In this document: one piece after another, positions 61,716 through 64,000 of the stretch
How positions within the stretch are numbered: position 1 is the first letter of the stretch
Layout: every line of letters begins with the position of its first letter
DNA from: Eukaryota sp. GEM-RC1
Taxonomy: Eukaryota
Length of the DNA stretch: 64,000 nucleotides
Reading direction: 5' to 3'
NCBI GenBank assembly: GCA_040285855.1
Contig: JAUFOQ010000016.1
Span: forward strand, 1,116,001 to 1,180,000
Notes under the pieces: generated by a model
What the model saw: only the letters and a program-made list of their open reading frames with translations
What the model was told of the DNA's origin: nothing
Database searches by the model: none
Translations under genes and position numbers: made by a program

Positions 61716-62070
61716 ACCAGTATCTCATTTGTTACTATTGATGATAGTTTTTATTTGTATGAGTAAATAAAAGGCGTTTTTTTAATACAACTAAACTAAA
61801 ACAACGTCAGCAGATTTGAGATGAAATATTACACTGTGAAAGTCACAATTCTACTGATCCATTTCTTTCTTATGTTCTCATCAATGCTACGGAATATGTT
61901 TAGCTGCCAGAGTGCTTTAGGAAGGTCCAGTTTTCTGATGAAATGTTGGTCTGAGGTACGATGTAAGATAAATGTAAATAAATTAGGGAATAAACAAGAC
62001 TATTACGCCATTACACTAACAGAAACTAGCTTTCGGAAGGATCTCTAGAACGTCACAGACACGTGGCATA

Positions 62071-62223
62071 AAGAGTGTTAAGTCGACTTGACTTGGACTT
62101 GACTTGGGATCCGAAAATCCAAGTCGACTTGGACTTGGACTCGAGTCAACTTGAACTTTGACTCAAGTCAAGTAGGAGTCAAGTCGAAACTTGGAGACTC
62201 AAGTCAAGTTTTGCCCAACTCTA
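62071..62223. mobile_element. MITE-like fragment with GACTTG/CAAGTC inverted arrays
   Basis: Facing arrays of GACTTG and CAAGTC and a hAT-like end GCCCAACTCTA. Absent from the left arm. Confidence 0.55.
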
Positions 62224-62664
62224 TTACAAAGAAAGTGCTGTTCTCGTTTAAGTCATCAATTTTCAGAATGTGTTATCAAAATATGTACAATGTAGTATTA
62301 TGTATGTGCTTTACAGCACACCTAAATCCGTAAGTTCAAGTTGTATAAGGACTACTGAGTTGATGTAGAGAATTCGTCTTCTTAAATTTTGTGAATTAGT
62401 ACATGCTAGTCAATTTGTACAGTTATCAAAAAGAAGTATATTTCAGATTCCGCTTGTGCTTAGATCTAATCCTAAAAACTCACAGCAAGAACTCGAAGAG
62501 TTACAATGAAAAATGATAACAGTAAACGTGCTAGAAAATCAAAACGGGAAAATACATTAACAGATATACTAGAACAAATAAATTCATAAAGAAAGTCGGA
62601 ACAATAAATTACTTAAATTATTGGAGATAAAGATTAACTCTTGAATTTCAACATTCACAACAAA

Positions 62665-63826
62665 CTACAGTTCCCAATCAGATTTAATTGGAAACAATTC
62701 TTCCATCGATTCTAAGAAATACTTTTGCATTGAAGGATCACGTACATCCTCATCGTCATTAATACAAAAAGAAAGAGGTCTGAATGTTTTAATTATATCA
62801 AAATAATGAGCATTTACCTCCAATTCAGAGTTGCTCCAATTCCAATACACAACTTCACTACTCGAACATTGATGATACCGAGCCTTATACTGCCTTGATG
62901 ACGTTTCCAATGATCTTTGAACGTAATAATGACCCGCCAAAAAAAAGAAAATGGGGGAGTCCACTTTGAGTTCTAAAAGGGTTTTGGTTAATAATCCTAT
63001 ATGCCTTAGAGAACACCCGAGAAGTTTCCTCCAGAATGTCTTTGTTACAAGCATAAACAGAATGGGACAGTGGATACCAAGTCAAGGTGGAAGATCGAAA
63101 GGGAAGAGGGAATCTTCTTGATAGGAGACGACCCCCATTCAAGAGACCTCGTCTGTATTGATTGATTGGACGACTGAAAGTTGTTGTATCTAAATGAACC
63201 TGGAAATAACTATCAGAATCACGAATAAAGTTACTGGGGAGTGGAGAGGAAATGAAGAAGTCGTCATTCAGATAGATAAATGTGTTTGAAAGATATGGAA
63301 TCCGCCAGAGATTGCTCTCAATGGAATAGCTATTGAAAGTAGGAAGAACAGCAAAGTGGGGAAAGAACTCGTGATGATAAACAATTGTTAAATAAGGATT
63401 TGAATGATTCAACCATGAAGGGACTTGAGATGGTCCTGACAAGATAAGAAAGACGTGACGGAGCTGGGGAACGTTATGCCAGATAGATCGGAGACAATAT
63501 ACCAGTTCATTATTGGATCTGAACTGGAAGGACTCTGGCAAAGGGAGACCTAGCCTTGAAAGGGTGTCTGTACGTTGTTTCAACCAAATAGGGTCTGAAC
63601 CATTTACGAATGTGACAACTGCGTCAATTGATCCATTCGTGAAGGAAAGTTTGCCAGGAGGTAGAGATGGGTAAAGAGAAAACGAGTCAGCGTTCGATTC
63701 CTCATACGAAGAGGAAAAATTATGGTCAATAGCATCGATATCTGAATCTGACAGCAGAAGTGCAAATAGAAATGATGCAACCAAAAGAAGAAGATATCGT
63801 TGACGAACGAGTGCAGCACGGTACAT
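62665..63826 (-). CDS. Stealth family protein, second copy (frameshift in an A/T-run near 62945)
   Basis: Near-identical to 534-1694. Confidence 0.88.
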
Positions 63827-64000
63827 TCAGGATACAAAAGAAACGTCTACATGCACTAGTAGTACAATATAGCAACGTGTAGTAAAAGAAAGGGGTTGTC
63901 AAATACCATATTCAACACGGTGTTGGAAAATATTCAACACGTGTTGCGTGTTGGCGCCAACACGTGTTGAATCAATTCTGAGCAGAAGAACAGAATACCT

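Larger units (their letters stand above)
58351..64000 (-). repeat. Right arm of the inverted segmental duplication
   Basis: Reverse complement of 360-6533, with indels. Confidence 0.95.

Noticed and set aside
360..64000. Whole window as a giant TIR element (Polinton or virus-like)
   Set aside because: The arms consist of ordinary host genes, the interior has RPC1, AP-3 subunits and tRNAs, and there is no integrase, pPolB, packaging ATPase or capsid.

Overview
This is AT-rich DNA from a microbial eukaryote with a compact genome: tiny GT-AG introns and very short intergenic gaps. Homopolymer frameshifts occur even in essential genes, which points to uncorrected long-read sequence. Host genes include a Stealth-family phosphotransferase, MBL hydrolase, Trk K+ transporter, SENP/Ulp2 protease, TAD2, a Rev7-like HORMA protein, RPC1, AP-3 sigma and delta, L-asparaginase, an Rgp1-like protein, a RhoGAP, tRNA-Ser(AGA) and tRNA-Glu(TTC). 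The two ends of the window form a ~6-kb inverted segmental duplication. The middle (~24.4-49.7 kb) has no housekeeping genes. It holds three genes with one design: a frame-preserving tandem repeat, then a canonical 2A/StopGo peptide (D[VI]ExNPGP), then a large multidomain protein. One reads 2A > SENP8-like C48 protease > dead C48 copy > dead PolB-type exonuclease fold > Fanzor1 RuvC nuclease > two CCHC knuckles. Another reads 2A > Cys/His domain > zinc knuckle > DExH RNA helicase. A second, divergent, GC-richer Fanzor1 lies at 55.6-57.4 kb. Both Fanzors are followed by a structured non-coding tail with similar stems and an identical 15-nt motif (AAATGAAATCCACAG), a candidate omegaRNA/right end. 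hAT MITEs, hAT relics, a 9-bp-TSD MITE family and two CRE-type LINE remnants next to the tRNAs are also present. All calls come from reading motifs by eye; no database searches were run.
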